Shown here one piece after another: positions 43,935 to 53,280 of a stretch of DNA of 64,000 nt (position 1 is its first letter; the number at the start of each line of letters is the position of its first letter). The DNA comes from a virus. Made by a program: the position numbers and the translations under genes. The notes under the pieces were generated by a model that saw only the letters and a list, made by a program, of their open reading frames with translations, did not search any database and had not been told where the DNA came from. Location: the IMG/VR virus record IMGVR_UViG_3300033066_002009, positions 8,961 to 72,960 of that record, one strand, 5' to 3'.

Positions 43935-44112
43935 ATGTACATCGTAAACGAAAAAGGCCGGACCTTTTTGGGGCCCGGCCTTGGAAGTTCCCTTGTTAGG
44001 GGGTTTTCTTCTTAGGCGGGGCTCCGAGACCAATCGAGATTTTCGGACCCGTTCACGCGCTGCGACTTACCTGCCGGGTAAATGCCCGCACTTCCGCACG
44101 TATAATGCATTG

Positions 44113-44229
44113 CCATAGCGCTAGTGCGCTTGGCTTTGCTTACGGATGGTGTGGGTGAAAACAACATGATGAAACAACCTTAGCAGGGCGCCGTTTCGGC
44201 GTCAAGTATTTTTTTTTAGGTACAAGGTG
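44113..44229 (+). ncRNA. candidate small RNA F (TATAAT promoter to terminator, ~115 nt, no ORF)
   Basis: TATAAT at 44101-44106. Hairpin GGCGCCGTTTCGGCGTC followed by T9 at 44221-44229. Confidence 0.35.
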
Positions 44230-44243
44230 TAGAGGAGGATCTC

Positions 44244-44609
44244 ATGCACTTGCTCAGCCCGCTCCATGCCTTCGTCTTCACGGTCGCCGGGTTCCCGGAG
44301 TCGCGGTATTGCCTGACTATCCACCGGTTCCCCGAAATGCTCTTCGGGGTCCGCATCGCGGAAGGGGATTCCCTGTTCATGCAGAGCATGCGGGCTCCCG
44401 AGACGTTGTTGATCACCGATGTCGGAGCCCGAAAGGCCGCGGTGTTTTTCCCGCCGCCCCTCAACGGTGCCTACAGCGTGGCCTTCGACATCCGGAGAGC
44501 GGGCATCGGGGAGGACGGCCCTGCGTTCGAGGCCGTGATCGACTGGATCTACAAGAACCATACCCGTCTCGAAGACTACCCCGGAGAACTCCACGTCCAC
44601 ATAGAGTAG
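44244..44609 (+). CDS. hypothetical protein
   Basis: RBS GAGGAGG. Terminator downstream. Confidence 0.5.
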   Translation: MHLLSPLHAFVFTVAGFPESRYCLTIHRFPEMLFGVRIAEGDSLFMQSMRAPETLLITDVGARKAAVFFPPPLNGAYSVAFDIRRAGIGEDGPAFEAVIDWIYKNHTRLEDYPGELHVHIE

Positions 44610-44629
44610 GTGAGATGAGGCGACAGCAA

Positions 44630-44656
44630 AAGAGGGGCGAGAGCCCCTTTTTTTGT
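44630..44656 (+). terminator. rho-independent terminator
   Basis: Hairpin GAGGGGCGAGAGCCCC followed by T8. Confidence 0.7.
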
Positions 44657-44714
44657 TTACATGTTGATAACTTCTTTGCTAGGGTTGTTAGATAAACACG
44701 GAGGGACCTGTAAA

Positions 44715-45173
44715 ATGGCTGTCAGTTGGGACCGATATTTCATGAATATTGCGAGCGTTGTGTCGACAAGGGCGACCTGCGATCGCAAACACGTTGGGGC
44801 GGTAATTGTAAGTAAAGACCGAACGATTCTTTCCACAGGTTACAATGGTGCCCCACGAGGTCTTCCGCATTGTGACGACGTTGGGCACGAATTGAAAGAA
44901 ATGGGTGGGAGGGCAAGTTGTGTCAGGACCGTTCACGCAGAGGCCAACGCCATTGCGCAAGCTGCCTGTAATGGCGTCGCTCTCGCCGATTCCGTTATCT
45001 ATACGACTGCGAGCCCTTGTTATGACTGCATGAAGTTGATCATCAATGCAGGCATCAAGCGAGTCATTTGCAACGAGTTTTACGAAAGCCGCTATGGCGT
45101 ATCCGGCGACATGGTCGCTTTGTCCGCGAGTGCCGGCGTTCCGATGGAACTGCTTGACAAAGGAAGTGATTAA
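44715..45173 (+). CDS. dCMP deaminase (cytidine/deoxycytidylate deaminase family)
   Basis: RBS GGAGGG. Motifs HAEANAI and PCYDCMKLI (zinc-binding HxE...PCxxC). Confidence 0.75.
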   Translation: MAVSWDRYFMNIASVVSTRATCDRKHVGAVIVSKDRTILSTGYNGAPRGLPHCDDVGHELKEMGGRASCVRTVHAEANAIAQAACNGVALADSVIYTTASPCYDCMKLIINAGIKRVICNEFYESRYGVSGDMVALSASAGVPMELLDKGSD

Positions 45174-45541
45174 TGGGCGAAGAAAATACCGCACTCAAAT
45201 TGCCAGTAGTACAAGATTTTTTTGATACGCGGCCAACTACGCGGGCTGATTGTTTATCTGGTGGGATAAACGAAGCCCGGCCTTGCCCCTACGTATCCTG
45301 CCGATACCACCTGTATCTTGACCTTTCTGAGGCAGGCACGTTGCGCATAAATTTTCCAACCGTTGAACCCGAAGATATGGGCCAACTCGCAGAGACGTGC
45401 GCACTTGACGTAGCAGCACGTGGTGGTGTCACCCTCGAGGAAGTAGGCCAACTGATGAATGTTACGAGAGAACGCATCCGACAGCTCGAAGCCGCGGGAA
45501 TCCGGCGCATGAGACGCCCTGTCGCGCTCATAACCGAATAG
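45173..45541 (+). CDS. sigma-70 region 4 (HTH) domain protein
   Basis: C-terminal [31 protein letters not shown] matches the sigma region 4.2 HTH. Confidence 0.5.
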   Translation: MGEENTALKLPVVQDFFDTRPTTRADCLSGGINEARPCPYVSCRYHLYLDLSEAGTLRINFPTVEPEDMGQLAETCALDVAARGGVTLEEVGQLMNVTRERIRQLEAAGIRRMRRPVALITE

Positions 45542-45565
45542 TGAATTCACCTCTATAATTAGAGG

Positions 45566-47368
45566 GTGCCCACCAAAATCGGAGTAGCCGCCGCAAGAGC
45601 GGCCCTCGGCATCCCCAGCCGAGATTCCATACACCCAATTCCTGACGTGAAAACGCCTAGGACTTGGGAGTATGGGCTCCACGAGCACGACGCGGATCGT
45701 CGTGGCCTCCATCTAGATCTCCGCCTTGGTGACCCAGCTACAGGTCACGCACATTCTTGGGCTCTTCAACCTAAGATGCCTGCACCGGGAGACGTCGCGT
45801 GGGCGATTCAACAGCCCACTCATACGGTCGAGTACATGGACTTCAAGGGCCGTATCCCGGAAGGATACGGCAAAGGCGACGTTGTCTTGAAAGACCGCGC
45901 CAAGACAGAGATCCTGAACGCAACGCCAGACCACATTACGTTTGCAGTCTACCGAGGGCAGGGTCCGGAGGAATACACGCTTCACCGTATCGATGGAAAC
46001 AAATGGAAATTCTACAACCGCACACTTACGCGAGACAAGGTTCCAGATCTCCCTCTAGACAAACCCAAGTATAAAGACGGTGACTACACTTCCCTGGATC
46101 CATCTAAGGAAGAGACGGTTTGGTCGGCCAAGATTGATGACGCCCACAACTTGTTCTTCCTGCCCAAGGATGGACGTGTTCGTGTAATTTCGTATCGCCC
46201 AACTTCTCGCCCGTCTGGCGTAATCGAGCACACGCATAAGATCGAGTCTTTGCACAACACTTGGACGCCTAAGGATGTTGCAGGCACTGTTTTACGTGGT
46301 GGCCTGTATGCTCTTAATCCAGAGACGGGCAATGCGACACCTAATAACGTCCTTGCCGGCATGCTCAACGCGAACGTCTGGAAATCCAGGGATGCCCAAA
46401 AGGTGCACGGTAAGCTTATCCCTGTGATCTACGACGTTGTCATGTACAAAGGGCGTGAGATGTCAAATGCTCCTTATGAAGAAAAGCTTCATGTGTTGCA
46501 GGAAGTAAATAAGGCGATTCCGTCCTTGGTTCTTCCGCGTATGGCCAAAACCCGGGACGAGAAGATCAAGCTAAAAGATGACATCGCCGCTCACCGTCTT
46601 CCAGAGACAAAGGAAGGGCTTGTCGTCTGGCCTTTGAAATCTGGTGATGCGCCGATCAAGGCCAAGATTACCAAAGAACACGACGTGTACGTAAAGGAGA
46701 TTTTCCCTGGAGAGGGCAGGTTAAGTGGGGCCTCTGCCGGCGGCTTTACCTACGCACACGACTCTGACGGCGATGAAGTTGGGCGCGTTGGCACCGGTCT
46801 TTCTGATTCTCTTCGCCGTCACATGTGGGAAAACAAAGATAATTACAAGGGCATGGTTGCCACAGTGAGTGCACAAGATAAATACGACAGTGGTGCACTC
46901 CGCGCTCCATCATTTTTAGGGTGGCATTTGGATAAAAACGATCAGACGCGTCTCGATGCCGTCAAACACTCAGGGGAGTCCCTGGGGAAACAGGCGGCAA
47001 TGGTTGCGGTTCAGAGGCCTTTTAGCCCGATCGAATCTATGGCGTTTCCGGGGTTTTCTCTTGGAAAGGCAGCCGCGCATGCGCATATCCGAATGGAAGA
47101 GCGCAGTAGTGTAGACCCGAAATATGTGGATACGATCAACAATTTCCTGCGGAAGAAAGATCTTCCACGCATGCAGATGCATTTGATGCTGCCAGACGGG
47201 GCTGTGATGCAGATTATCCCGATTGGCAGGAAAACGCATGTTGTGTCGACAGTTTTACCAAAGGGCACACGCCCCAAGGGTCCCCCACTAGGGGCGGTTC
47301 TTTCCCGTGGAAAGATCCCTATTGCGCCTCTTCTGAAGAATCGTATTGACGTCGCCATCGATCCGTAA
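45566..47368 (+). CDS. ATP-dependent DNA ligase with N-terminal LigD-type 3'-phosphoesterase domain
   Basis: GTG start with RBS AGAGGG. The N-terminal HEHDADRRGLHLDLRL...HSWALQPKMP resembles the LigD PE motif (HxHDxxxLHYDxRLE). Ligase motif I KDGRVR is present (KxDGxR). Confidence 0.6.
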   Translation: MPTKIGVAAARAALGIPSRDSIHPIPDVKTPRTWEYGLHEHDADRRGLHLDLRLGDPATGHAHSWALQPKMPAPGDVAWAIQQPTHTVEYMDFKGRIPEGYGKGDVVLKDRAKTEILNATPDHITFAVYRGQGPEEYTLHRIDGNKWKFYNRTLTRDKVPDLPLDKPKYKDGDYTSLDPSKEETVWSAKIDDAHNLFFLPKDGRVRVISYRPTSRPSGVIEHTHKIESLHNTWTPKDVAGTVLRGGLYALNPETGNATPNNVLAGMLNANVWKSRDAQKVHGKLIPVIYDVVMYKGREMSNAPYEEKLHVLQEVNKAIPSLVLPRMAKTRDEKIKLKDDIAAHRLPETKEGLVVWPLKSGDAPIKAKITKEHDVYVKEIFPGEGRLSGASAGGFTYAHDSDGDEVGRVGTGLSDSLRRHMWENKDNYKGMVATVSAQDKYDSGALRAPSFLGWHLDKNDQTRLDAVKHSGESLGKQAAMVAVQRPFSPIESMAFPGFSLGKAAAHAHIRMEERSSVDPKYVDTINNFLRKKDLPRMQMHLMLPDGAVMQIIPIGRKTHVVSTVLPKGTRPKGPPLGAVLSRGKIPIAPLLKNRIDVAIDP

Positions 47369-47456
47369 AAGCCCCGCGCCTTCGGTATAAGACCAAGCAC
47401 AAGCCGCAGGGGTTTCACCCGGCGCCCTGCGATAGTTTGGCAAAGGAGGTTTCTTT

Positions 47457-47684
47457 TTGGACACGAGCGAGGAGACGTGTACGGAGACGCGGGGTGTATC
47501 CACGGCGCGGCGGAGGCATTGGTACGGCCATTGTCCTCACTGCAGTTTTGTATTTGACTGCAAGGGCTGCCCCGATGATGAGATACGTTGCCAAGACTGC
47601 GGAGGATTCTTTTTTCTCGAAGACATCGGATCGTCTTCTTCTACGGAAAATGGACTGTCCTCCGTAATGGCGCGTGCGGTGTAA
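47457..47684 (+). CDS. zinc-ribbon small protein (TTG start)
   Basis: RBS AAAGGAGG. Sequence CPHCS...CKGC...CQDCG. Confidence 0.4.
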   Translation: MDTSEETCTETRGVSTARRRHWYGHCPHCSFVFDCKGCPDDEIRCQDCGGFFFLEDIGSSSSTENGLSSVMARAV

Positions 47685-47710
47685 CTGTGGCTTCAAACCC
47701 TGTCAAAGGA

Positions 47711-47974
47711 ATGGAACCGTGGTGGCTCATAAAACGTAGAAAGGCAAGGGCCGCCCGCCGTGATAAAAATCCTTCACCTTTCTCGGCCACCGTAGTGGGT
47801 ACAGCACATCAGGGTCATTTGCCAGGTCTTGGCATGTGGCAGGAAGTGGCCGCAGCCGTTGCAGCAGAATTCGGACTATCGTTTCCAGACCCTTCTCACA
47901 ATGACTTTGGTTTAAAAATGGCAGAGGCGCAAAAAACTTTCATGGACAAAGGTTGGATTCGACCGAAGAAATAA
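47711..47974 (+). CDS. hypothetical basic protein
   Basis: RBS AAAGGA. Confidence 0.35.
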   Translation: MEPWWLIKRRKARAARRDKNPSPFSATVVGTAHQGHLPGLGMWQEVAAAVAAEFGLSFPDPSHNDFGLKMAEAQKTFMDKGWIRPKK

Positions 47975-47975
47975 C

Positions 47976-48024
47976 TCGGGGGGGCCCGAGTGTTAAATCA
48001 CCCTGCCCCCCCCTTTTTTTTTGG
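47976..48024 (+). terminator. rho-independent terminator
   Basis: Hairpin CTCGGGGGGGCCCGAG and a G/C-rich stem followed by T10. Confidence 0.6.
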
Positions 48025-48112
48025 TGCCACCGTGTGTAAAGTCGCCTGACTTGGTCAAGCATCCAAGGTTTGCCTATAATTCACTTAACTCGTATATTGC
48101 GAGGGAGCCAAC

Positions 48113-49147
48113 ATGCTACTAATCGTTAGAAACGCAGCGCCCAATCTTGTCACCCTTCAGGACATGACGGGCCTTTCTATCCCTCTTTTTACTATGTCAA
48201 TTCCCACCAATTCAACGGTGGCAGCGACGATCGACACACGTACGCTGGAGGCCATCCAGGGACAGCTCGATCAGCTCTCGGCACTTGGGGCATTGACTTG
48301 GACGACTCATGGTGGCGCGAGCGGTGATAATTTCAGCATCGTCAGGCTTGCTACTGCAGCAGCGTTAGCCGCGTGTACATATGACAATGGAACCGCAGGT
48401 GCAGGAGCGACTCTCACCGCCAATGCCAATGGTGCGCTTGCGAACATCGATGGTGTTGCGGCGGTTGTACGCGACCGCGTTCTCGTAAAAAACCAGGTTG
48501 CGGCAGCTCAGAACGGTATTTACGATGTAACGAGTTTGGGGGGTGCCTCGTCTAAGTGGACTCTAACTCGCGCTGCCGACGCAGATGTCCTTGCCCGCGT
48601 ACCTGAGGGTACTTTGGCGGTTGTTCAAGATGGCACGGATAACCATAACACAATCTTCGAGCTATCTTCGACAGTTACTACAGTAGGCACAAGCGCCCAG
48701 ACCTGGACGGCGAGCCCACTGGCGGGCTCACCACCAACGGGTGCGGCTGGGGGTAGTCTTTCGGGTACTTACCCGAATCCCGCGATTGCGGCTGATGCCC
48801 TATCGGCAGACGCCACTGGGCGCGCAATGATCGCAGCCGGCTTTTTCAATGCCGCGACGCTCTCCGCCAAGGTCGCGGCAGCATCAATCCCAGGCGCGCT
48901 GATCGATAAGACGAAATTCCTAATCCTATTCTGCGGCCTTGGCGCTGACGCGTCTGGCGGTGCGGCTAATGCCACGGTTACCGGTGTTGCGAGCGGTGAC
49001 AAGGTTATCGCGGCGGTAAACTTGACGGATCTCACGATGGTAACCTCGACATTTGCGTCAACCGCTAACGGTGCCAATACGATTTCTCAGCTTAACACGA
49101 ACCTGTCTGCGAAGAAGATTCTCTGGTTGGTACTATCTAACCAGTAA
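48113..49147 (+). CDS. tail fibre-like protein (Ala/Gly/Thr-rich)
   Basis: TATAAT at 48081. RBS GAGGGAG. Low-complexity Ala/Gly/Thr-rich composition typical of fibre proteins. Confidence 0.45.
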   Translation: MLLIVRNAAPNLVTLQDMTGLSIPLFTMSIPTNSTVAATIDTRTLEAIQGQLDQLSALGALTWTTHGGASGDNFSIVRLATAAALAACTYDNGTAGAGATLTANANGALANIDGVAAVVRDRVLVKNQVAAAQNGIYDVTSLGGASSKWTLTRAADADVLARVPEGTLAVVQDGTDNHNTIFELSSTVTTVGTSAQTWTASPLAGSPPTGAAGGSLSGTYPNPAIAADALSADATGRAMIAAGFFNAATLSAKVAAASIPGALIDKTKFLILFCGLGADASGGAANATVTGVASGDKVIAAVNLTDLTMVTSTFASTANGANTISQLNTNLSAKKILWLVLSNQ

Positions 49148-49165
49148 TTAACAATTTCTATAGTA

Positions 49166-49198
49166 AAAAAAAGGCCCCATTTGGGGCCTTTTTTATTG
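49166..49198. terminator. bidirectional terminator
   Basis: A8 run, then GGCCCCATTTGGGGCC, then T6. Confidence 0.7.
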
Positions 49199-49284
49199 TA
49201 ATGCAGTACCAATAATTCCGCCTCCCGAGTGCTCCAAATGCCGGTGTATAGCGGGTATAAGAGTTATGAAAGGGAGGATTAGCT

Positions 49285-49419
49285 ATGGACACAGTCTGGC
49301 CACGACTGTGCCATGCGCTTGTCCAGATAAACCCGCTAATCATGTGGGTTCTCGATCCGGGAGGATTGCCTCCGGGGACGTGGACAGACTTGATTCGCCG
49401 GGCCCTGGCGGCGTAGGGT
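49285..49419 (+). CDS. small ORF (44 aa)
   Basis: Motif GGGTATAAGAG followed by RBS AGGGAGG and ATG. Confidence 0.3.
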
Positions 49420-49522
49420 CACATAGGGAGGTCGCCTGCCACGGCGACTTCTCTTTTTTATTTGACTAGTTGACACTGCGTACTTTGACATTGTACGGTG
49501 CAAGTGAAAGGACATGATACAT

Positions 49523-49868
49523 GGGAGTGACACGGTTTCGACAGGGATGAACGGAAAGACAAGCTGCGCGTCGAGGACGTCGTCAACCTCGTAAATACTG
49601 ACGACAAAAACAAATGCTAACGACAACGTCGACGGCAACGTGGTGAACCTGGCGGCTTTCCGTGCTAGCAAGATGGCAAAGCGTCAGGTCGGTGGTGGCA
49701 GCGTGCAGTTCCAGGCCGCGGCCTAAGCAGTGACTGTGGCTCCCTGTGGCCTACAAAACACAGGACTGTTGTGTGTAAGGCAGGCGGCGCTGGACCTCTT
49801 CCAGCTACACGCGTAGATGCTTTCTAGCCGCATTCTTGGACCCGGGTTCGACTCCCGGCACTTCCACC
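49523..49868 (+). ncRNA. ssrA: tmRNA (SsrA), one-piece
   Basis: The 5' sequence GGGAGTGACACGGTTTCGACAGGG pairs with the 3' acceptor CACTTCC. The 3' T-arm is GGACCCGGGTTCGACTCCCGG, followed by ACC. An internal tag reading frame starts at GCT AAC GAC and encodes ANDNVDGNVVNLAAFRASKMAKRQVGGGSVQFQAAA*. Confidence 0.75.
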
Positions 49869-50119
49869 TAGCGGAATGATTCCTTAGATCCTAGGCCCTC
49901 CGAGGATAGTTCCGCGAGCGTGAACGCCGACGACAAATAAAGGCGTGACTCTACAGAGAGAAGTAGCGCGTCAATTCGCGAGATCGATTGCCCTTTCACG
50001 AACCGGGATACTGCACGTGCGTTAACGTCTAACGAGACAGGCGTGACGGTGGGGAGAGTACCCACTTTTTTTAGCCTAGAGGCTGGCATGTTTTCAATTA
50101 CGCTTTTAATTATCAGTCG

Positions 50120-50353
50120 ATGAGGATGAAATTCGTGAAGGGAAGGAAATCAAAAGTGCCTGTTTTCGAAGAGAAATATGGGTATAGTGTAGTTACTCAA
50201 GATGGCCGAATCGTTAGCCACCACCGCGACATCTTAGATGCGATGCCGGTCTTGCGTACATTCTATTGTGCGAAGTTGTACAGGAACGCCGATTCAGTAC
50301 TTCTTTCCTGGATGACCCCTCCGATAAGCGTCTCTAACAGAAGGCCCTTTTAA
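50120..50353 (+). CDS. hypothetical protein
   Basis: ORF only. Confidence 0.3.
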   Translation: MRMKFVKGRKSKVPVFEEKYGYSVVTQDGRIVSHHRDILDAMPVLRTFYCAKLYRNADSVLLSWMTPPISVSNRRPF

Positions 50354-50355
50354 TA

Positions 50356-50643
50356 ATGAGCCATACCGACGCAGGGCCTCCTGTACAGATTATCGGAGAG
50401 GCCTGTGCAATTCCTAAATTGATTGAATTCACTGCGCCTACTCGACAAGTCTCTATCCGTAACACGGGAACAGAGGCGATGTGGTTTTCGTTTGATGGCG
50501 TGCATTGGTTTGACATCGCCTGCGGCACCAGTTGGGATGACCGCGTGAAGGTGGATAAAATGTGGGTAAGGACGCAAACGGGTTGGACCACGTTCGTTTC
50601 CACGGGAATCCGATTTAATTCCCTGCCGCTTGGTGGTAGCTAA
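50356..50643 (+). CDS. hypothetical protein
   Basis: 95-aa ORF linked to the neighbouring ORFs. Confidence 0.4.
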   Translation: MSHTDAGPPVQIIGEACAIPKLIEFTAPTRQVSIRNTGTEAMWFSFDGVHWFDIACGTSWDDRVKVDKMWVRTQTGWTTFVSTGIRFNSLPLGGS

Positions 50644-51104
50644 TGCCGTTTACGCATTATCCCAAGCTCGAGTTCAACATCATCGGCGCCTGGGTATCAC
50701 CTGCACCCCCGGATAAACCTAATTTTTTGCAAATGCCTCGGTTCTCTCGGGTGAACCTACTCAACAATATTGAGTTATCCGATGATCCCCCGATCCTCTA
50801 CCATTCTGCCCAGAATTTCACCCGTTTTTTCGGTTCCGTCGCCTCTGATAAAAAGGTGGAGCTTCGTTTTGACTTCTCAAATGATGATGTCCATCTCTTA
50901 GATGGAAATCCCGTCTCTGACGAGAACATCTCAAAATTGAACTACGATGCGGAGGCCATGGTTTTGAACTATGACCCATCGAAGCAAGGCGCAACAGGTA
51001 AGTATTTGGTCACGATCTATGGGCGTTGGCTTCGTGTGCAACTGAAGTTCCCCGACGGGGTTCCTTCGTACGTGCGCGCTTACGTACGTGCTTCCGTGTT
51101 CTAG
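50643..51104 (+). CDS. hypothetical protein
   Basis: Start overlaps the upstream stop. Confidence 0.45.
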   Translation: MPFTHYPKLEFNIIGAWVSPAPPDKPNFLQMPRFSRVNLLNNIELSDDPPILYHSAQNFTRFFGSVASDKKVELRFDFSNDDVHLLDGNPVSDENISKLNYDAEAMVLNYDPSKQGATGKYLVTIYGRWLRVQLKFPDGVPSYVRAYVRASVF

Positions 51105-51130
51105 GTAAAAGAATACGGAGGTATCACTGG

Positions 51131-51355
51131 ATGCCGATCATTGCATTGAAGTCCGCCGTAAGCGGAACAGTATGGGCTCACTCGACAAGCCCAGGGCAAG
51201 AAGTCACAGAGGGTAGCGGCGTCCTCATCGTGGAATCCATGAAGATGGAGATTCCGGTGGACGCCACCTGCGATGGGGTGGTGGTGTGGCTCAAGCCCGT
51301 CGGAGAGTCGATGAACGAAGGGGAGATGGTAGCGACGATCGAAACGAAAGACTAG
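51131..51355 (+). CDS. biotin/lipoyl attachment domain protein (BCCP-like)
   Basis: Motif GGTAAAAGAAT, then RBS GGAGG. ESMKMEIPV matches the biotinyl-lysine motif E(A/S)MKM. Confidence 0.5.
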   Translation: MPIIALKSAVSGTVWAHSTSPGQEVTEGSGVLIVESMKMEIPVDATCDGVVVWLKPVGESMNEGEMVATIETKD

Positions 51356-52323
51356 CGCGTCAGGCTACTGACGGCCTTCGCTGCTAGGATTCCAAGAGGA
51401 ATGGATCCTAGCGCGAGGGCCGTTTCTGTATTTGAAAGAGGGCTCTGAAGATATGGTGTCCATCCAGAGCCAGAAGTTCTCTGCCCCTTTACGAGTGAAA
51501 GCAGTTTTTCGTGCCGGCTCATGTCCGCAGGGCTCATTCCTTTTTCTTCCAACATTTTGTCAAGTCGCTGCTGATCCCATCCTTCACGGGGGCGCAATTT
51601 CATCAAAGCACCTCCGCCCAGATCGATGGGGTCGCCCGCCAAAGTGTCAAAGGCTGACGCACCTACTTGCCCTGCCAGGTTGTAATCCAGCATGTCTGAC
51701 GCATAGGCACCGCGACCACGTCGGATAATCTGTTGCTTTATCAACGCAGGATCTTTTTTAATATGGAGAACCGCGTCGAACACTTCTGGATCGTAGGCCC
51801 GCAATAGGTTAAAATGTTCCAAGATTTCCCCTGCCCTTGGCGGTCTTGGCATTGTTTCGATGTGACCGCCACCTAGCGCTGTATTCACGGCGTTGTTTGG
51901 AAGCCAGTCAAGCCCGTAGTGCTTCATCCCCAGTTGTTGTGAGATAGCACGGCTTAATGTTGTTTTACCGGTCCCAGGCGGCGCGTCTACTGCAAATCGA
52001 AGTGTTGCAGGGTCTACACCGCGCTGCTTTAATACTTCTCCAATTCGGTCAGCTGTTGCCAACGCGTTCGAAGGAATCTCAGACGCGGCGTCCTGTTGTT
52101 GCAGATCGCCTTTTCTAGAGACAGTATTTTTTAGTGTCGCGCGGATCCCTGGCTTTGACAGCATGAGCCCGCCAATCGTCGCTGCAGGAATACCAATCCC
52201 CGCCGCCCACGGTAGGGCCTTCTGCCACCCAGGCCTACCATCGTCTTTTTCAATCTTGAACTTGAAGGCGAATTTCTCTAAACCACGAAAAGCACCCTCG
52301 TTGTAAGTCGCCGCTAAGGTCAT
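51352..52323 (-). CDS. membrane-anchored P-loop NTPase (kinase or zeta-toxin-like)
   Basis: Walker A motif PPGTGKTT. N-terminal hydrophobic helix. Confidence 0.5.
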   Translation of the reverse strand: MTLAATYNEGAFRGLEKFAFKFKIEKDDGRPGWQKALPWAAGIGIPAATIGGLMLSKPGIRATLKNTVSRKGDLQQQDAASEIPSNALATADRIGEVLKQRGVDPATLRFAVDAPPGTGKTTLSRAISQQLGMKHYGLDWLPNNAVNTALGGGHIETMPRPPRAGEILEHFNLLRAYDPEVFDAVLHIKKDPALIKQQIIRRGRGAYASDMLDYNLAGQVGASAFDTLAGDPIDLGGGALMKLRPREGWDQQRLDKMLEEKGMSPADMSRHEKLLSLVKGQRTSGSGWTPYLQSPLSNTETALALGSIPLGILAAKAVSSLTR

Positions 52324-52326
52324 TAA

Positions 52327-52749
52327 TCACCGAGGGACGGGTGGCGGAGGGATTGGTCGACGACTAATAATTGTATCGGGTGCACGTACTCCGGTTGGTG
52401 AAATATTCAACCTTTTGCTGACTCCACCGCCTTTTGCGGCCATTTGTGACGCGATACTGTGCTGGATCTCTTTGAATCCGCCCGGCCCTAAAAGTCCCTC
52501 TAGTTCCAGCATTTGCTGGAGGCCCAGCCCTGCCGCCTTTGGGTTGGCTTCTTCCTCAAGGTAATGGGATAGCCCTGTATGGGGAAGGGGCGGCGGGACA
52601 GGGGTCATCGGCCCTGCCATGGTAGTTTCCGGTGGAATATCCTTTGCAGCTTCCACTGCTTCAGGAAATTGGTCAGCTAGCGTTGGGGCGTCTAGCGCAA
52701 ATTTCGAAAATACCCTACGGACGCCTGTCACGTATTCATACGTAAGCAT
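52327..52749 (-). CDS. hypothetical protein
   Basis: Minus-strand ORF. Minus-strand TATAAT near 52757. Confidence 0.4.
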   Translation of the reverse strand: MLTYEYVTGVRRVFSKFALDAPTLADQFPEAVEAAKDIPPETTMAGPMTPVPPPLPHTGLSHYLEEEANPKAAGLGLQQMLELEGLLGPGGFKEIQHSIASQMAAKGGGVSKRLNISPTGVRAPDTIISRRPIPPPPVPR

Positions 52750-52907
52750 GCTCTAATTATAGACCCATGACCCAGGCCTCTAAAGGACTCTAAACGGCTA
52801 GCTGCTATTGGGTATAAGGAAGTGTCATCGGAAGTCCGGCCACGGGCTTCCGAAGTCTGCGTTCCGAATGGACGCAGGCTTTGCAAACCTCAGACGGGAG
52901 AAGAAAG

Positions 52908-53225
52908 ATGCGTATGCCGAAGATGGTCCAGGGTTTCACGAACGGCTTCCTCGCGGAGTTGCCGGGTGTCACGTTCCGCCGGCAGCTCAACCCTCTCAAG
53001 AGCAACTTCCTGACCCGCAGGCCCAAGGTCAACATCGGCGCGGGCATCGGCGCCATGGTCGCTCTCGTCGCGATCAACGCGGCCAGCGAGCAGATCGCCT
53101 ACGGGTTGCGCTACATCATGGCGTGGGCGGGCAGTCGGTCGGCCCGCACCGCGATCCGCCGCCAGCGGCGCGAGGAGGAGGCGGCCGAGGGGCTCGGCGC
53201 CGCGCGCAGCGAGCGCCAGGGATAG
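52908..53225 (+). CDS. small membrane protein with Arg-rich tail
   Basis: Motif GGGTATAAGGA at 52810. RBS GGGAGAAG. Confidence 0.4.
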   Translation: MRMPKMVQGFTNGFLAELPGVTFRRQLNPLKSNFLTRRPKVNIGAGIGAMVALVAINAASEQIAYGLRYIMAWAGSRSARTAIRRQRREEEAAEGLGAARSERQG

Positions 53226-53246
53226 CGGGTCTCGCCGCTCAACGAG

Positions 53247-53280
53247 AAAACGGGCCCTTCGCGGGGCCCGTTTTTTTTTA
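53247..53280. terminator. bidirectional terminator
   Basis: A4 run, then CGGGCCCTTCGCGGGGCCCG, then T9. Confidence 0.7.

Noticed and set aside
49523-49868. Two-piece (permuted) tmRNA
   Set aside because: The 5' acceptor strand and the 3' T-arm plus acceptor are in standard order on one strand about 346 nt apart. This is consistent with a one-piece tmRNA.
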